Counted from the first letter of the stretch, positions 21,758-34,234 are shown. The stretch is 64,000 nt of DNA from an uncultured Methanolobus sp. (GCA_963675495.1 OY776215.1:992001-1056000), one strand, 5' to 3'. Made by a program: numbers and translations. The notes: generated by a model not told the origin, from the sequence alone.

Positions 21758-23055
21758 TGGCTGATACGATCATCAAGAATGCTTATATTCTCACAATGGA
21801 CCCCTCTGTAGGAGATATAGAGAACGGAGTAGTTGTCATTGAGAATGGAACGATTAAAGAGATAGGAACCTCCACGCAGTGCAGTGCCGAAAAGATTATC
21901 GATGCAAAAGGTTCAGTCCTTATGCCAGGACTCATTAATACGCATTGTCACGCAGGGATGACCATTTTTAGAGGATATGCTGATGACATGCAACTGCAGG
22001 ACTGGCTTGAGAACCACATATGGCCTGCTGAAGCACAGCTTACGGACGAGGACATTTATGCAGGCACAAGATTGGCATGTCTGGAAATGATTCGCTCAGG
22101 AACCATTGCTTTTGCCGACATGTACATCCATGAGAACAGGGTTGCTCAGGCTGTTGATGAAGCAGGCATTCGAGCTGCACTTTCCTATGGCATGATAGAT
22201 TTTGGTGACAAAGAAAAGGCAGATAAAGAATTAAAAGAGGGCATGGAGTTTGTCAAAGCATGGAATGGAAAAGCTGATGGCAGAATAGACACCATGTACG
22301 GACCTCATGCACCCAATACGTGTTCCAGGGACTTTCTGATAAGAGTTAAAGAGCAGGCGGTCAAGGATAACGTAAAGATACATATCCATGTACTTGAAAC
22401 CGAAGCAGAGCTCAATTATATGAAAGAGAACTTTGGCATGTGCTCCATACACTTCCTCAAGGATATCGATTTCTGGGGACCGGATGTAATTGCTGCCCAT
22501 GGCGTATGGCTTTCAGACGGCGATATTAAGATACTTGCAGAATATGGTGTCAATATTTCCCATAACCCGGTCAGCAATATGAAACTAGCATCCGGAATTT
22601 GCCCGGTTTCCAAACTTCTGAATGAAGGCGCGAACGTCTGCCTTGGAACTGACGGATGCGCTTCCAACAACAACCTTGACATGTTCGAGGAAATGAGAAC
22701 AGCAGCTCTTTTGCAAAAAGTCAGTGCAATGGACCCCACAGTACTTCCTGCACGCACAGTACTCGAGATGGCAACCCTCAACGGTGCAAAGGCACTTGGA
22801 ATCAACAGCGGGATGTTGAAGAAAGGGTACAATGCCGACATGATCTTAGTTGATATGAATAAGGCACATCTGACACCTGTCTACGACGTTGCATCACACC
22901 TTGTGTACGCTGCCAGCGGAAAGGACGTGAAGACGACTATCGTGAATGGCAAGCTCCTTATGGAAGATGGAAAAGTCATCTCAATGAATGAACAGGAAGT
23001 AATAGACATTGCAATTCAGAAGTCAGAAGAGCTTATATCAAAGATTGGTAATTAA
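21757..23055 (+). CDS. mtaD: 5'-methylthioadenosine/SAH (5'-deoxyadenosine) deaminase
   Basis: NTHCH, GPHAP, HVLET, SNMKLASG, GTDG motifs; adjacent to ahcY. Confidence 0.88.
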   Translation: MADTIIKNAYILTMDPSVGDIENGVVVIENGTIKEIGTSTQCSAEKIIDAKGSVLMPGLINTHCHAGMTIFRGYADDMQLQDWLENHIWPAEAQLTDEDIYAGTRLACLEMIRSGTIAFADMYIHENRVAQAVDEAGIRAALSYGMIDFGDKEKADKELKEGMEFVKAWNGKADGRIDTMYGPHAPNTCSRDFLIRVKEQAVKDNVKIHIHVLETEAELNYMKENFGMCSIHFLKDIDFWGPDVIAAHGVWLSDGDIKILAEYGVNISHNPVSNMKLASGICPVSKLLNEGANVCLGTDGCASNNNLDMFEEMRTAALLQKVSAMDPTVLPARTVLEMATLNGAKALGINSGMLKKGYNADMILVDMNKAHLTPVYDVASHLVYAASGKDVKTTIVNGKLLMEDGKVISMNEQEVIDIAIQKSEELISKIGN

Positions 23056-23094
23056 TACATATTTATTTTATATTTATGAAATTGGAGAATTTAG

Positions 23095-24330
23095 ATGAGC
23101 GATAATGAAATGATAGAATCAGGCAATATGAAGATTGACTGGGTTCTCAACCATATGCCTGTTCTCAATATAATCAGGGAACAGTTCGAAAAAGAAAAGC
23201 CACTTGCAGGTCACAGGGTCGGTATGGCCTTACACGTTGAGGCTAAGACAGCTGCACTGGTCGAAACCCTGGCCATGGGCGGAGCCGAAGTAGCTATTGC
23301 AGGTTGTAATCCATTAAGCACACAGGACGATGTTTCTTTTGCACTTCATGAGAAGAAGAACATCCAGTGCTTTGCAAGATATGACTGCTGCACCGAGGAA
23401 TACTATGAAGCTATTGACAATGTTCTTGACTTCAAGCCCGATATCACCATAGATGACGGTGCAGACCTTATTTTCAAGCTTCACACAGAGCGCACTGACC
23501 TTTTGCCAATGATACTTGGTGGTTGTGAGGAAACAACAACAGGTATTCACAGGCTCAAAGCTATGGAACGTGATGGTGCACTGAAGATGCCAGTTATCGC
23601 AGTGAACGATGCAATGACAAAGTATCTCTTCGACAACCGCTATGGTACCGGCCAGTCAGCATGGGACGGAATCATGAGAACAACGAACCTTCTTGTAGCA
23701 GGTAAGAACGTTGTCATTGGTGGCTACGGCTGGTGTGGTAAGGGTGCTGCAATGCGCGCAAGCGGCCTTGGTGCAAACGTAATCGTCACAGAGATAGACC
23801 CAATAAGGGCACTTGAAGCACGTATGGATGGCAATCAGGTCATGCCAATGAAAGAGGCTGCAAAGATAGGCGATATATTCCTCACAACCACAGGTAACAG
23901 GGACATACTGAAAAGGGAAGACTTTGAGGTCATCAAAGACGGTGCTATACTTGCAAATGCAGGCCACTTCAACGTAGAGATCAACCTGGAAGACCTTAAG
24001 GCCATGGCAGGCTCTGTAAAGACTGTAAGGAATAACATTAAGGAATACACTCTCAAAGACAGGCGTGTCTACGTGCTTGCAGACGGAAGGCTTGTGAACC
24101 TTGCAGCAGGTGACGGACATCCCGCAGAGGTTATGGATATGAGCTTTGCAAACCAGGCACTTTGTGTAAGACATATCGCAGAGAACAAACTGGCAAATGG
24201 AGTGCATCCGGTACCCCTTGAACTGGACATAGGAGTTGCGGAAATGAAACTCATGTCCATGGACATCAGCATTGATAAACTGTCAGATGAACAGACAGCA
24301 TACATGGGTGGCTGGGAATCCGGGACATAA
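23095..24330 (+). CDS. ahcY: Adenosylhomocysteinase
   Basis: CNPLSTQD, EETTTG, KYLFDNRYGTG, GYGWCG motifs. Confidence 0.97.
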   Translation: MSDNEMIESGNMKIDWVLNHMPVLNIIREQFEKEKPLAGHRVGMALHVEAKTAALVETLAMGGAEVAIAGCNPLSTQDDVSFALHEKKNIQCFARYDCCTEEYYEAIDNVLDFKPDITIDDGADLIFKLHTERTDLLPMILGGCEETTTGIHRLKAMERDGALKMPVIAVNDAMTKYLFDNRYGTGQSAWDGIMRTTNLLVAGKNVVIGGYGWCGKGAAMRASGLGANVIVTEIDPIRALEARMDGNQVMPMKEAAKIGDIFLTTTGNRDILKREDFEVIKDGAILANAGHFNVEINLEDLKAMAGSVKTVRNNIKEYTLKDRRVYVLADGRLVNLAAGDGHPAEVMDMSFANQALCVRHIAENKLANGVHPVPLELDIGVAEMKLMSMDISIDKLSDEQTAYMGGWESGT

Positions 24331-24652
24331 CCCGGCCATTTTTTAAAATAAACTGTTAATTGGTGCTAAACCGAAGATACCTTCTGTTTTTAGGGAGATA
24401 CAAAATAGCCACAGGAGCATAACCAGGACTACTTTGTAAAAAGTAAAAACAATCATATATAAACATTCTTGTTTTGATTTAAATTAAAATTACATTAATA
24501 AAAAACATATAAGTATCAGTAAATCGTTATAGGCAATTGTAGCTCGAACGCATGAGAGAGCACAAAACTATATATACAATAAGTGCTTCTATCACCCGCT
24601 ACACCGAAGTCGATGAACGTGAAGCAGCCTCAGCAAATCCACCCAACATATT

Positions 24653-24729
24653 GGGCTCGTAGCTCAGTCAGGCAGAGCGTCTGGCTTTTAACCAGACGGC
24701 CTAGGGTTCAAATCCCTACGAGCCCGCCA
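24653..24729 (+). tRNA. tRNA-Lys(TTT), CCA encoded
   Basis: Acceptor GGGCTCG/CGAGCCC-G-CCA; anticodon arm TCTGG-CTTTTAA-CCAGA; TTCAAAT T-loop. Confidence 0.97.
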
Positions 24730-24782
24730 TCAATTTTGCACATGAGTGTTCACGTTCACATTTTTGAGGGAGGAGTAATATA

Positions 24783-25019
24783 TTGAGAAAATTTAGCCTG
24801 CTTGACCACCAGTCAATCCCGAAACATGAGATTATGTCGGAAGATGAACTTAAATCTGTTTTAAAACACTATGCTATTGAGAAGGAGCAGTTGCCAAAAA
24901 TAAAGGTTGTTGATCCGGTCATACAGGAAGTAGGGGCACAGGTTGGAGAGGTAGTTAAAATCACCCGCAACAGCCAGACTGCTGGCGAAGCATTCTATTA
25001 CAGACTTGTTATCGCTTGA
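24783..25019 (+). CDS. rpoH: RNA polymerase subunit H (Rpo5)
   Basis: PKHEI, LPKI..DPV, YYRLVI motifs. Confidence 0.96.
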   Translation: MRKFSLLDHQSIPKHEIMSEDELKSVLKHYAIEKEQLPKIKVVDPVIQEVGAQVGEVVKITRNSQTAGEAFYYRLVIA

Positions 25020-25102
25020 AGAAGCGAATCTTACATTAATCATTTGACATGGGCTTTTTTACCATTTTACGATAATATAAACCACATAAAGAAGGTGCTA
25101 TC

Positions 25103-26752
25103 ATAGCGTTAACCAAAGGACAGATCCCACGTTCGTTTTTCACGAAAGATAAGATCGTACAGCATCACATCGATTCATATAACAAATTTGTGGAGACAGG
25201 TCTGCAAAAGATCATCGATGAGCAGAAGATCATAGAAACCGACCTTGAAGACACCTACATAAAGCTGGGCGCTATCCGCGTGGAGAACCCGGTAGTGAAG
25301 GAAGCGGACGGGGCAATTGAGAACCTATATCCTAACGAAGCCAGACTAAGGAACCTATCATATTCAGCACCACTCTACCTGCAGATGAGTGTTGTTGAGA
25401 ACGATGAGGAGAAGGAACCACAGGAAGCAAAGATCGGCCAGCTCCCTGTTATGATCAAATCCAAAATCGGCAACCTTACTGAGCTCAGTGAAGAAGAGAT
25501 GGTGAAATACGGCGAAGATCCACTCGACCCGGGAGGATACTTTATCGTCAACGGAACCGAGCGAGTGGTCATGACCCTGGAGGACCTTGCCCCGAACAAG
25601 ATACTCACTGAATTTGGTGAAAGATACGGAGATACCATCGAAGTTTCAAAGGTATTCTCACAAAGAAGAGGATACAGGGCACTTGTTGTCGTAGAAAGAG
25701 GTAGGAAATCACTTCTGGAAGTATCATTCCCTTCAATTTCAGGACGTATTAACTTTATCACCCTTATGAGGGCACTTGGTGTGGAGACTGACGAAGAACT
25801 CGTAAAAGCAGTATCCACCGACCCCGAAATAATGAAGTTCATGTTTGAGAACCTTGAAGAAGCAGAGGTTGACAATATAGAAGATGCAATGGAAAAGATC
25901 GGTTCAAGGGTTGCATCAGGACAGGCAAGAGACTACCAGATCAAGCGTGCCAACTACGTAATTGACAGATATCTTTTGCCACACCTTGGAAACGAACCAA
26001 CAGACAGGGCTCCAAAAGCAAACTTCCTTGGAAGAATGGCAGAATCATGCTTTGAACTTGCACTTGGAAGACGTAATCCAGATGATAAGGACCACTACTC
26101 CAACAAGAGACTCAAACTCACAGGTGACCTTATGGAAGACTTGTTCAGAGTTGCCTTCAACAGGCTCTCAAGAGACGTCAAATATCAGCTTGAAAGAGCA
26201 AACATGAGAAACCGTGAGCTCAATGTGGTCACGCTTGTAAGAGCAGATGTACTCACTGACAGACTGCAGCACCCACTTGCAACAGGAAACTGGGTTGGCG
26301 GCAGAACTGGTGTATCACAGCTGCTTGACAGGACAGATTATATCTCAACACTTTCTCACCTGCGGCGTGTAATTTCCCCACTTTCAAGAGCCCAGCCTCA
26401 CTTTGAGGCCCGTGACCTTCACCCAACACAATGGGGCAGGCTTTGTCCTTCAGAAACCCCGGAAGGTCCGAACTGTGGCCTTGTGAAGAACTTTGCACAA
26501 ATGGTGGAACTTTCAACCGGTACTGAAGATAACAAGAAAATAAAGAACATACTCTATGACCTTGGTGTTGTAAAGACAGTTCTTAACTCATCAATAAAAG
26601 CACTCCCGGAATATGATGAAGAACTCGATGATTACCTGGAGGAGCTGGAAGTAAAACCCGTAGTAGAAGAAGAGGAAAAGCCAGAACCTATCGGGTACAC
26701 GAACTATTCAGATTCATTAGACGATGGCACAGGAGGACTTCTCGATGAATGA
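25103..26752 (+). CDS. rpoB2: RNA polymerase subunit B'' (Rpo2N); probable non-canonical ATA start
   Basis: Conserved [10 protein letters not shown] lies upstream of the first GTG (25190); SD GAAGGTG 5 nt before ATA 25103; GGYFIVNG and CPSETPEG motifs. Confidence 0.93.
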   Translation: MALTKGQIPRSFFTKDKIVQHHIDSYNKFVETGLQKIIDEQKIIETDLEDTYIKLGAIRVENPVVKEADGAIENLYPNEARLRNLSYSAPLYLQMSVVENDEEKEPQEAKIGQLPVMIKSKIGNLTELSEEEMVKYGEDPLDPGGYFIVNGTERVVMTLEDLAPNKILTEFGERYGDTIEVSKVFSQRRGYRALVVVERGRKSLLEVSFPSISGRINFITLMRALGVETDEELVKAVSTDPEIMKFMFENLEEAEVDNIEDAMEKIGSRVASGQARDYQIKRANYVIDRYLLPHLGNEPTDRAPKANFLGRMAESCFELALGRRNPDDKDHYSNKRLKLTGDLMEDLFRVAFNRLSRDVKYQLERANMRNRELNVVTLVRADVLTDRLQHPLATGNWVGGRTGVSQLLDRTDYISTLSHLRRVISPLSRAQPHFEARDLHPTQWGRLCPSETPEGPNCGLVKNFAQMVELSTGTEDNKKIKNILYDLGVVKTVLNSSIKALPEYDEELDDYLEELEVKPVVEEEEKPEPIGYTNYSDSLDDGTGGLLDE

Positions 26753-28559
26753 AGCTAAAGTTTTCCTTAACGGAGAACTCATAGGAACCCATACAGACCC
26801 TGCAGAACTGATTGAAAATATCAGAGATCAGCGTGGGCAAGGAAATGTTTCAGACCAGCTCAATGTCACATATTATGAAGATATTCATGAGGTAATAATC
26901 AATACAGATATGGGTCGTGCAAGAAGGCCACTCATTGTTGTGAAAAATGGTGAAGCCCTTGTGACAGAAGAAGAAGAAGGACTTCTTGCAGAAGGCAAGA
27001 TGTCCTACGACGAAATGAAAAAGGCTGGAAAGATAGAGTACATTGATTCAGCAGAAGAAGAAAATGCATTCATTGCGCTTTACAGGGACCACATTACAAA
27101 AGACCACTCCCATATGGAGATCAACCCCGGACTTATGTTAGGTATCTGCACAGGAATGGTACCTTACCCGGAGCACAATGCATCCCCACGTAACACAATG
27201 GGTGCAGCAATGGTAAAGCAGTGTATAGGAGTATCAACATCCAACACCAAGCTCAGACCAGACACACGTGCACATCTTCTACATTACCCACAAAAAGCAA
27301 TGGTCAGGACACAGACCTGCGAATCAATTCACTTCGATGACAGACCTGCAGGACAGAACTTCGTTGTAGCTGTCATGTCCTATGAAGGACACAACATTGA
27401 AGATGCCCTGGTATTTAACAAAGGCTCCATTGAAAGAGGACTTGGAAGAAGTCACTTCCTCAGGACATTTGAAGGTGAAGAAAGACGCTACCCCGGTGGA
27501 CAGGAAGACAAATTCGAAATACCTGACTCCGAGTTCAGAGGCGCCCGTAGTCCCGAATCATATGCGAATCTCGACATTGACGGTCTTGTGAACCCTGAGA
27601 CAATTGTCGGTCCAAATGATGTTTTGATCGGAAAGACAAGTCCGCCACGTTTCCTTGAAGAACAGTCCGATTTCGGCATCACCGTTGAGCAGCGCAGAGA
27701 AAGTGCTATCACAATGCGTTCTAACGAAAAAGGTGTTGTTGACACAGTCATTCTTACAGAATCAATAAACGGAACCCGCCTTGCAAAGGTAAAGATAAGG
27801 GACCAGAGAATTCCTGAGATCGGTGACAAGTTCGCATCAAGACACGGACAGAAAGGAGTTATTGGACTGATAGTGCCTTTTGCCGACATGCCATTTACAG
27901 AGCATGGCCTTGTACCGGACCTTGTAATCAACCCACATGCTATCCCTTCACGTATGACGGTCGGTCACGTGCTTGAGATGATCGGGGGCAAGGTCGGATC
28001 AATGGAAGGAAGAAGAATCAATGCAACCTCATTCTCCGGTGAGAATGAAGATGACCTGCGCGCAGCACTGAAAGATCAAGGATTTTCACACACCGGTAAA
28101 GAAGTATTCTCTGATGGTGTAACTGGCAAGAAGATACAGGCAGATGTGTTCGTTGGAGTTATCCTTTACCAGAAACTGCACCACATGGTAGCATCAAAGA
28201 TGCACGCCAGGTCACGTGGACCAGTGCAGGTGCTTACAAGACAGCCAACAGAAGGTCGTGCCCGTGAAGGAGGTCTGCGTTTCGGAGAAATGGAGCGTGA
28301 TGTGCTAATTGGACACGGTGCAGCAATGACCCTGAAAGAAAGACTGCTCGATGAATCCGACAAGGTAACAGAGCTTGTCTGCGGACACTGCGGAATGATT
28401 GCAACATTCGACAGGAAGAGAAACATCAGATACTGCGCAAATTGTGGTGCTGAAACTGATATCCACCCGGTAGACATGAGTTACGCATTCAAACTGCTGC
28501 TTGACGAAATCAAATCCCTTGGTGTGGCTCCAAGACTGCAACTTGAGGATGCTGTATAA
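26745..28559 (+). CDS. rpoB1: RNA polymerase subunit B' (Rpo2C)
   Basis: [32 protein letters not shown] motifs. Confidence 0.98.
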   Translation: MNEAKVFLNGELIGTHTDPAELIENIRDQRGQGNVSDQLNVTYYEDIHEVIINTDMGRARRPLIVVKNGEALVTEEEEGLLAEGKMSYDEMKKAGKIEYIDSAEEENAFIALYRDHITKDHSHMEINPGLMLGICTGMVPYPEHNASPRNTMGAAMVKQCIGVSTSNTKLRPDTRAHLLHYPQKAMVRTQTCESIHFDDRPAGQNFVVAVMSYEGHNIEDALVFNKGSIERGLGRSHFLRTFEGEERRYPGGQEDKFEIPDSEFRGARSPESYANLDIDGLVNPETIVGPNDVLIGKTSPPRFLEEQSDFGITVEQRRESAITMRSNEKGVVDTVILTESINGTRLAKVKIRDQRIPEIGDKFASRHGQKGVIGLIVPFADMPFTEHGLVPDLVINPHAIPSRMTVGHVLEMIGGKVGSMEGRRINATSFSGENEDDLRAALKDQGFSHTGKEVFSDGVTGKKIQADVFVGVILYQKLHHMVASKMHARSRGPVQVLTRQPTEGRAREGGLRFGEMERDVLIGHGAAMTLKERLLDESDKVTELVCGHCGMIATFDRKRNIRYCANCGAETDIHPVDMSYAFKLLLDEIKSLGVAPRLQLEDAV

Positions 28560-28573
28560 GGGGTGAAATTAAA

Positions 28574-31216
28574 ATGAACGATATTCCATCTATTCCAAAA
28601 AGAGTCGGTGCCATTAAATTCGGTCTGATATCTCCTCGCGAAGTGAGAAAGATGAGTGTGACCGCCATCATAACTGCAGACACATATGACGATGACGGAT
28701 ACCCAATAGACATGGGTCTTATGGACCTGCGTCTTGGAGTTATTGACCCTGGTTTAAAGTGTAAGACCTGCGGAAGCCGTGCAGGAGAATGCCCAGGGCA
28801 CTTCGGACACATCGACCTAGTTGCACCGGTCATACATGTGGGCTTCAACAAGACCATACGAAAGGCATTACGCTCCATCTGCCGCAATTGTGGCAGACTT
28901 CTACTTACTGCCGAAAAGAAAAATGATTTCCTTGCACAACTGGAAACTTCAAAGGAAATGGGACACCTTCCGGACAATATTATCAATGAGGTCTTCAAGG
29001 AAGCACGAAAATCAAAGAGCTGCCCATACTGCTCAACAGAACAGCTTGAGATCAAGTTCGAAAAGCCCAGTGATTATGTAGAAGACGGACACAAGCTGAC
29101 ACCAACGGAAATACGTGACCGCTTTGAGAATGTACCTGATGAGGATGTAAAAGTCCTTGGAATGGACCCTGAAAGCGCAAGACCCGAATGGATGATCCTC
29201 ACGGTTCTGCCAGTCCCACCAGTAACAGTAAGGCCTTCTATCACTCTGGAATCCGGCCAGCGCAGTGAAGATGACCTGACCCACAAGCTTGTGGACATCA
29301 TCAGGATCAACCAGAGGTTCCAGGAGAACAGGGATGCTGGTGCACCACAACTTATTATAGAGGACCTGTGGGAATTGCTTCAGTACCATGTTACAACATT
29401 CTTTGATAATGAAGTATCAGGCGTACCACCTGCAAGACACAGATCAGGAAGACCACTGAAGACACTTACCCAGCGTCTTAAGGGTAAGGAAGGAAGGTTC
29501 AGAGGAAGTCTGTCAGGTAAGCGTGTGAACTTCTCAGCCCGTACTGTAGTATCCCCGGACCCTAACCTTAGTATTAACGAAGTGGGAGTTCCTTTTGCAA
29601 TTGCAAGACAGATGACAATACCTGAAAGGGTAACAACAAGGAACCTTGAACTACTGCGTATGTATGTGCAGCGTGGCAGCTCGGTGCACCCCGGTGCAAA
29701 CTACGCTATACGCGATGACGGAAGGCGTATAAGAGTATCAGAGATCAACAAGGAAGAGCTTGCAGAGAAGATAGAGGTCGGATGGACAGTCGAAAGACAG
29801 CTTATGGATGGGGATATTGTTCTCTTTAACAGACAGCCTTCCCTTCACAAGATGAGTATCATGGCTCACAGGGTCAAGGTACTTCCAAACAAGACATTCA
29901 GGCTTAACCCTGCAGTATGCGCGCCATACAACGCTGACTTTGACGGCGATGAAATGAACATGCACGTTCTCCAGACCGAAGAATCCAGGGCAGAAGCCAG
30001 CATTCTAATGCAAGTACAGGAGAATATCCTGTCCCCTCGTTTCGGCGGACCTATCATCGGCGGTATACACGACCACATCTCCGGATTGTTCCTGCTCACA
30101 AGGAACGAGAACGCCATCACCAAGAATGCAGCTCTTGAACTACTCAGGAAATCAGACATTAGAGTCCTTCCCGAACCTGCAAGTTACGCTGAAAACGGAG
30201 AACCACTATGGAACGGAAAACAGATCTTCAGTCAGATCCTGCCAAAGGGACTCTATCTGGAGTTCCCCGCACAGGCCTGTTTCAAGTGCGAGACCTGCAA
30301 AAAGAAGGATTGCGAATATAATGCCTATGTTGTCATAGAAGATGGGGAAATGCTTCAGGGCACTATTGATGAACAGGCTATTGGTGCTTTTAAAGGCAAA
30401 ATCCTTGATAAAGTTGTGAAAGAATACAGCCCTGAAGCAGGTGCCAAGTTCGTAGATGACTTTACAAGACTCGCCATTCGCGGTGTGATGAAGACAGGAC
30501 TCAGTTTTGGTATTAGTGACGAAGATATACCCAAGACTGCAAAATTGCAGATCAATAATCTCCTTAAAGAAGCTGAAGACAAAGTAAGAGCACTAATTGA
30601 AGCTTATGAAGCAAAAGAGCTGGAACCTTTGCCAGGACGTACACTCAAAGAAACCATCGAAATGAAGATCATGCAAGAACTTGGTAAGGCCAGAGATCAG
30701 ACCGGTAACATTGCAGGTCAGCAGCTTGGTCTTGAAAACTCTGCTGTGTTGATGGCAAAGTCTGGTGCAAGAGGTTCAATGCTTAACCTTACCCAGATGG
30801 CTGCCTGTGTCGGACAACAGGCGGTTCGTGGTGAAAGGATAAGAAGAGGCTATGCAGGAAGGACACTCCCACACTTTGACAAAGGTGACCTTGGTGCAGA
30901 TGCTCACGGATTCGTCAAAGCAAGTTACAAGAGCGGGCTTAATCCGACAGAATATTTCTTCCACGCAATTGGTGGTCGTGAAGGTCTTGTGGACACTGCT
31001 GTCCGTACTTCCCAATCAGGTTACCTGCAAAGAAGACTTGTAAACGCGTTGCAGGATCTTGAGGTCCAGTATGACGGTTCAGTACGTGAGACACGTGGTG
31101 TGGTCGTACAATTCAAGTACGGAGAAGATGGTATTGATTCCACAAAGAGTGACTACAGCAAACCTGAGGCAATCCACAGAATTGTCAGAATGGTCACCGG
31201 GAAAGAGGTGAACTAA
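28574..31216 (+). CDS. rpoA1: RNA polymerase subunit A' (Rpo1N)
   Basis: NADFDGDEMN catalytic motif; CPGHFGHI. Confidence 0.98.
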   Translation: MNDIPSIPKRVGAIKFGLISPREVRKMSVTAIITADTYDDDGYPIDMGLMDLRLGVIDPGLKCKTCGSRAGECPGHFGHIDLVAPVIHVGFNKTIRKALRSICRNCGRLLLTAEKKNDFLAQLETSKEMGHLPDNIINEVFKEARKSKSCPYCSTEQLEIKFEKPSDYVEDGHKLTPTEIRDRFENVPDEDVKVLGMDPESARPEWMILTVLPVPPVTVRPSITLESGQRSEDDLTHKLVDIIRINQRFQENRDAGAPQLIIEDLWELLQYHVTTFFDNEVSGVPPARHRSGRPLKTLTQRLKGKEGRFRGSLSGKRVNFSARTVVSPDPNLSINEVGVPFAIARQMTIPERVTTRNLELLRMYVQRGSSVHPGANYAIRDDGRRIRVSEINKEELAEKIEVGWTVERQLMDGDIVLFNRQPSLHKMSIMAHRVKVLPNKTFRLNPAVCAPYNADFDGDEMNMHVLQTEESRAEASILMQVQENILSPRFGGPIIGGIHDHISGLFLLTRNENAITKNAALELLRKSDIRVLPEPASYAENGEPLWNGKQIFSQILPKGLYLEFPAQACFKCETCKKKDCEYNAYVVIEDGEMLQGTIDEQAIGAFKGKILDKVVKEYSPEAGAKFVDDFTRLAIRGVMKTGLSFGISDEDIPKTAKLQINNLLKEAEDKVRALIEAYEAKELEPLPGRTLKETIEMKIMQELGKARDQTGNIAGQQLGLENSAVLMAKSGARGSMLNLTQMAACVGQQAVRGERIRRGYAGRTLPHFDKGDLGADAHGFVKASYKSGLNPTEYFFHAIGGREGLVDTAVRTSQSGYLQRRLVNALQDLEVQYDGSVRETRGVVVQFKYGEDGIDSTKSDYSKPEAIHRIVRMVTGKEVN

Positions 31217-32359
31217 ATGACGATCAGTGAAGCTACTATTGATTCAATGATGTCTCAGCTTGACCTACCTAAGAACATCATGGAGACATTAAGAGATGAT
31301 GTGATGAAAGTAGGTGTCACAAAGAAAGAGCTGGAAGATATCATCGAGCGTGTGAAAGACAGCTACGAATATGCGTGTGTGGAACCCTGTGAAGCAGTGG
31401 GTGTTGTATCAGCACAATCCATTGGTGAACCAGGCACACAGATGACCATGCGTACTTTCCACTACGCTGGTGTCGCTGAAATTAACGTTACGCTAGGTCT
31501 GCCACGTCTCATTGAGATCGTTGATGCAAGGAAACAACCAAGCACACCAATGATGACCATCGCACTGGAAGAAGAATATGCAACTGACAGGGACAAGGCA
31601 CGTAAGCTTGCGTGGGAAATTGAGGCAACTCATATAGAACATCTTGCAGACATCACTACAGACCTTGCAAATATGCACCTTATCATTGATCTGCATGAGA
31701 AAACATTGATACACAGAGCACTAAATGCAACTGATATTGCAGAAAGTCTTCATGAAGAACTTGGTGTCATGGTCAATGTATCAGACAGTATTGCAAATCA
31801 GGTAATAGTAACTCCAAGCGCACCCTCATACCGTGAACTTCTCCAGCTGGCAAAGAACATCCATTCTATAACACTAAAGGGTATTGAAGGAATTAAAAGA
31901 GTCGTCATCAGAAAAGATGGGGACGAATATACACTTTATACCGAAGGTTCACAGCTTAAGGAAGTACTTCAGATAGAAGGAATAGATGCTACAAGGACAT
32001 ATACCAACAACATCGGAGAGATATACGAGGTGTTTGGTATCGAAGCTGCAAGAAATGCTATCATAAAAGAAGCTACTGACACACTTGCAGAGCAGGGTCT
32101 TACTGTTGATATCAGACACATAATGCTTGTATCTGACATCATGTGTTGTGATGGAGAAGTTAAACAGATCGGAAGACATGGAATTTCAGGAGAGAAAGCC
32201 AGTGTATTTGCACGTGCCGCTTTTGAAGTTACTGTAACCCATCTGCTTGATGCCGGTATGCGTGGAGATCGCGATGAGCTCAATGGTGTTACCGAGAATA
32301 TTATAGTAGGACAGCCTATAAAACTGGGCACAGGAGATGTTCATCTTGTCACAAGATGA
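31217..32359 (+). CDS. rpoA2: RNA polymerase subunit A'' (Rpo1C)
   Basis: [17 protein letters not shown] trigger loop. Confidence 0.98.
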   Translation: MTISEATIDSMMSQLDLPKNIMETLRDDVMKVGVTKKELEDIIERVKDSYEYACVEPCEAVGVVSAQSIGEPGTQMTMRTFHYAGVAEINVTLGLPRLIEIVDARKQPSTPMMTIALEEEYATDRDKARKLAWEIEATHIEHLADITTDLANMHLIIDLHEKTLIHRALNATDIAESLHEELGVMVNVSDSIANQVIVTPSAPSYRELLQLAKNIHSITLKGIEGIKRVVIRKDGDEYTLYTEGSQLKEVLQIEGIDATRTYTNNIGEIYEVFGIEAARNAIIKEATDTLAEQGLTVDIRHIMLVSDIMCCDGEVKQIGRHGISGEKASVFARAAFEVTVTHLLDAGMRGDRDELNGVTENIIVGQPIKLGTGDVHLVTR

Positions 32360-32458
32360 ACTTCCAATATTATAATACAAAGAGCAACCAGAAAGTAGAT
32401 ATACGGAATCACTTATTAATACAAATCTCAAACTGACATTATAAATGAGTTGATATAA

Positions 32459-32749
32459 ATGGATATTAACATTGACAAAGCACTGATCAAAGTGATCAGA
32501 ACCGGAAAGGTGATAATTGGATCTAACAGGACTATCGATGCTGCCATGAACAATGAAGCAAAAATGGTCATACTTGCCACAAACTGCCCTGCAGATGTAA
32601 GAGCCAAGATAGAAAGCCTAGATGTACCGATACTAAACTACTCTGGCACAGGAACAGAACTTGGACCTGCCTGCGGAAAACCATTTATCATTGCTGCAAT
32701 GGCTATCATTGACAACGGTGAATCTGATATTCTGGCAGCTGCTGCTTAA
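32459..32749 (+). CDS. rpl30e: 50S ribosomal protein L30e
   Basis: TGKVIIG and [10 protein letters not shown] motifs; conserved synteny. Confidence 0.95.
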   Translation: MDINIDKALIKVIRTGKVIIGSNRTIDAAMNNEAKMVILATNCPADVRAKIESLDVPILNYSGTGTELGPACGKPFIIAAMAIIDNGESDILAAAA

Positions 32750-32763
32750 AGGAGTTGCAATAT

Positions 32764-33189
32764 TTGGGCGAGATCAAGTTATCTACTGAAAACATCCGAT
32801 ATATCGCACTATTTGAAAATGTCACAGGTGCAGCGGTTAAAGATTGCATTATCGATGACGATAGAATAATATATGTGATAAACACAGGCGACATGGGTGC
32901 TGCTATTGGAAGAAACGGAGACCACATTAACCGCGTGAAGAAAACAGTGGATAAACTTATCGATCTTGTCGAATACTCGGACGAACCTGCTACATTCATA
33001 AAGAATGCATTCGGTCCGGTATCGGTCAAATCGGTGAACATCACAAACAGGAACAATAAGCGATTGGCTTATGTAGAAGTATCTAATAAAGACAAGGGTC
33101 TTGCCATAGGACGAAATGGGAAAAACATTGAAAAGGTAAAACTTGTCGCTAAGAGACATCATGATATAGATGATGTCATCCTGCAGTGA
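32764..33189 (+). CDS. nusA: Archaeal NusA (KH domains)
   Basis: Two AIGRNG KH motifs; synteny; TTG start 32764 or 32755. Confidence 0.93.
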   Translation: MGEIKLSTENIRYIALFENVTGAAVKDCIIDDDRIIYVINTGDMGAAIGRNGDHINRVKKTVDKLIDLVEYSDEPATFIKNAFGPVSVKSVNITNRNNKRLAYVEVSNKDKGLAIGRNGKNIEKVKLVAKRHHDIDDVILQ

Positions 33190-33240
33190 TAATCCAAATA
33201 ATATCATACTCATCAAAGACATAGATTGGAGGACATAATT

Positions 33241-33669
33241 ATGCCAAATGGAAAATATGCAGCTCATACACTTCAGCGCATGCGAAAGGATGCAAGATGG
33301 AAAGATTCACGCTATAACAGGCGTACACTCGGACTTGACGTTAAAGCAGACCCTCTTGGAGGCGCACCTCAGGGAAGAGGCATTGTGCTTGAGAAAGTAG
33401 GAATCGAGGCTAAACAGCCAAACTCAGCTATTAGGAAATGTGTTAGAATACAGTTGATCAAGAACGGACGTCAGGTATCAGCATTCTGCCCTGGTGACGG
33501 TGCTATCAACTTTATCGACGAGCACGATGAAGTTACAGTAGAAAGAATAGGTGGCCGTATGGGTGGTGCAATGGGTGATATTCCCGGAGTACGCTTTAAG
33601 GTCACTGCTGTTAACAATGTATCCTTAAGAGAAATGGTCATTGGCCGAAAAGAGAAACCAAGGAGATAA
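33241..33669 (+). CDS. rps12: 30S ribosomal protein S12
   Basis: [10 protein letters not shown] and GDIPGVRF motifs. Confidence 0.98.
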   Translation: MPNGKYAAHTLQRMRKDARWKDSRYNRRTLGLDVKADPLGGAPQGRGIVLEKVGIEAKQPNSAIRKCVRIQLIKNGRQVSAFCPGDGAINFIDEHDEVTVERIGGRMGGAMGDIPGVRFKVTAVNNVSLREMVIGRKEKPRR

Positions 33670-33673
33670 TTAA

Positions 33674-34234
33674 ATGTACAAGTTATTTGAAAAATGGGAT
33701 CTCACTGAAGTAGAGGTCACTGACCAGGGAATTAAAAGGTATGTGAACCTCGATCCGGTGATAATCCCTCACTCAAACGGAAAGCATGCAAGACAGCAGT
33801 TCAACAAATCAGACATCTGTATCGTTGAGCGTCTTGTTAACAACGTTATGCGCAATGAGCAGAACACCGGAAAGAAGCAGAACGCAATGAGAGTTGTTTC
33901 TGAAGCGTTAGATATCATAAACTCAAGGACCAAGAAGAACCCTGTACAGGTTCTGGTAGAGGCTATCTCTAACGCCGGACCAAGGGAAGAAGTGGTCAGA
34001 CTTAAGTACGGCGGAATATCCGTACCAAAGGCAGTAGATACTGCTCCACAGAGACGTGTTGACAGTGCACTCAGATACATTACAATGGGTGCAAACAAGG
34101 CTTCTTTCAAATCCAAGAGAAGTGCAGCAGATTGCCTTGCAGCAGAAATAGTTGCAGCTTCAAACCGTGATGCAAAATGCTTCTCAATCAACAAGAAGGA
34201 TGGAAAAGAAAGAGTTGCGAAGGCAGCACGTTAA
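33674..34234 (+). CDS. rps7: 30S ribosomal protein S7
   Basis: [25 protein letters not shown] motifs. Confidence 0.97.
   Translation: MYKLFEKWDLTEVEVTDQGIKRYVNLDPVIIPHSNGKHARQQFNKSDICIVERLVNNVMRNEQNTGKKQNAMRVVSEALDIINSRTKKNPVQVLVEAISNAGPREEVVRLKYGGISVPKAVDTAPQRRVDSALRYITMGANKASFKSKRSAADCLAAEIVAASNRDAKCFSINKKDGKERVAKAAR

Noticed and set aside
24583-24786. 67-aa ORF
   Set aside because: It overlaps tRNA-Lys; spurious
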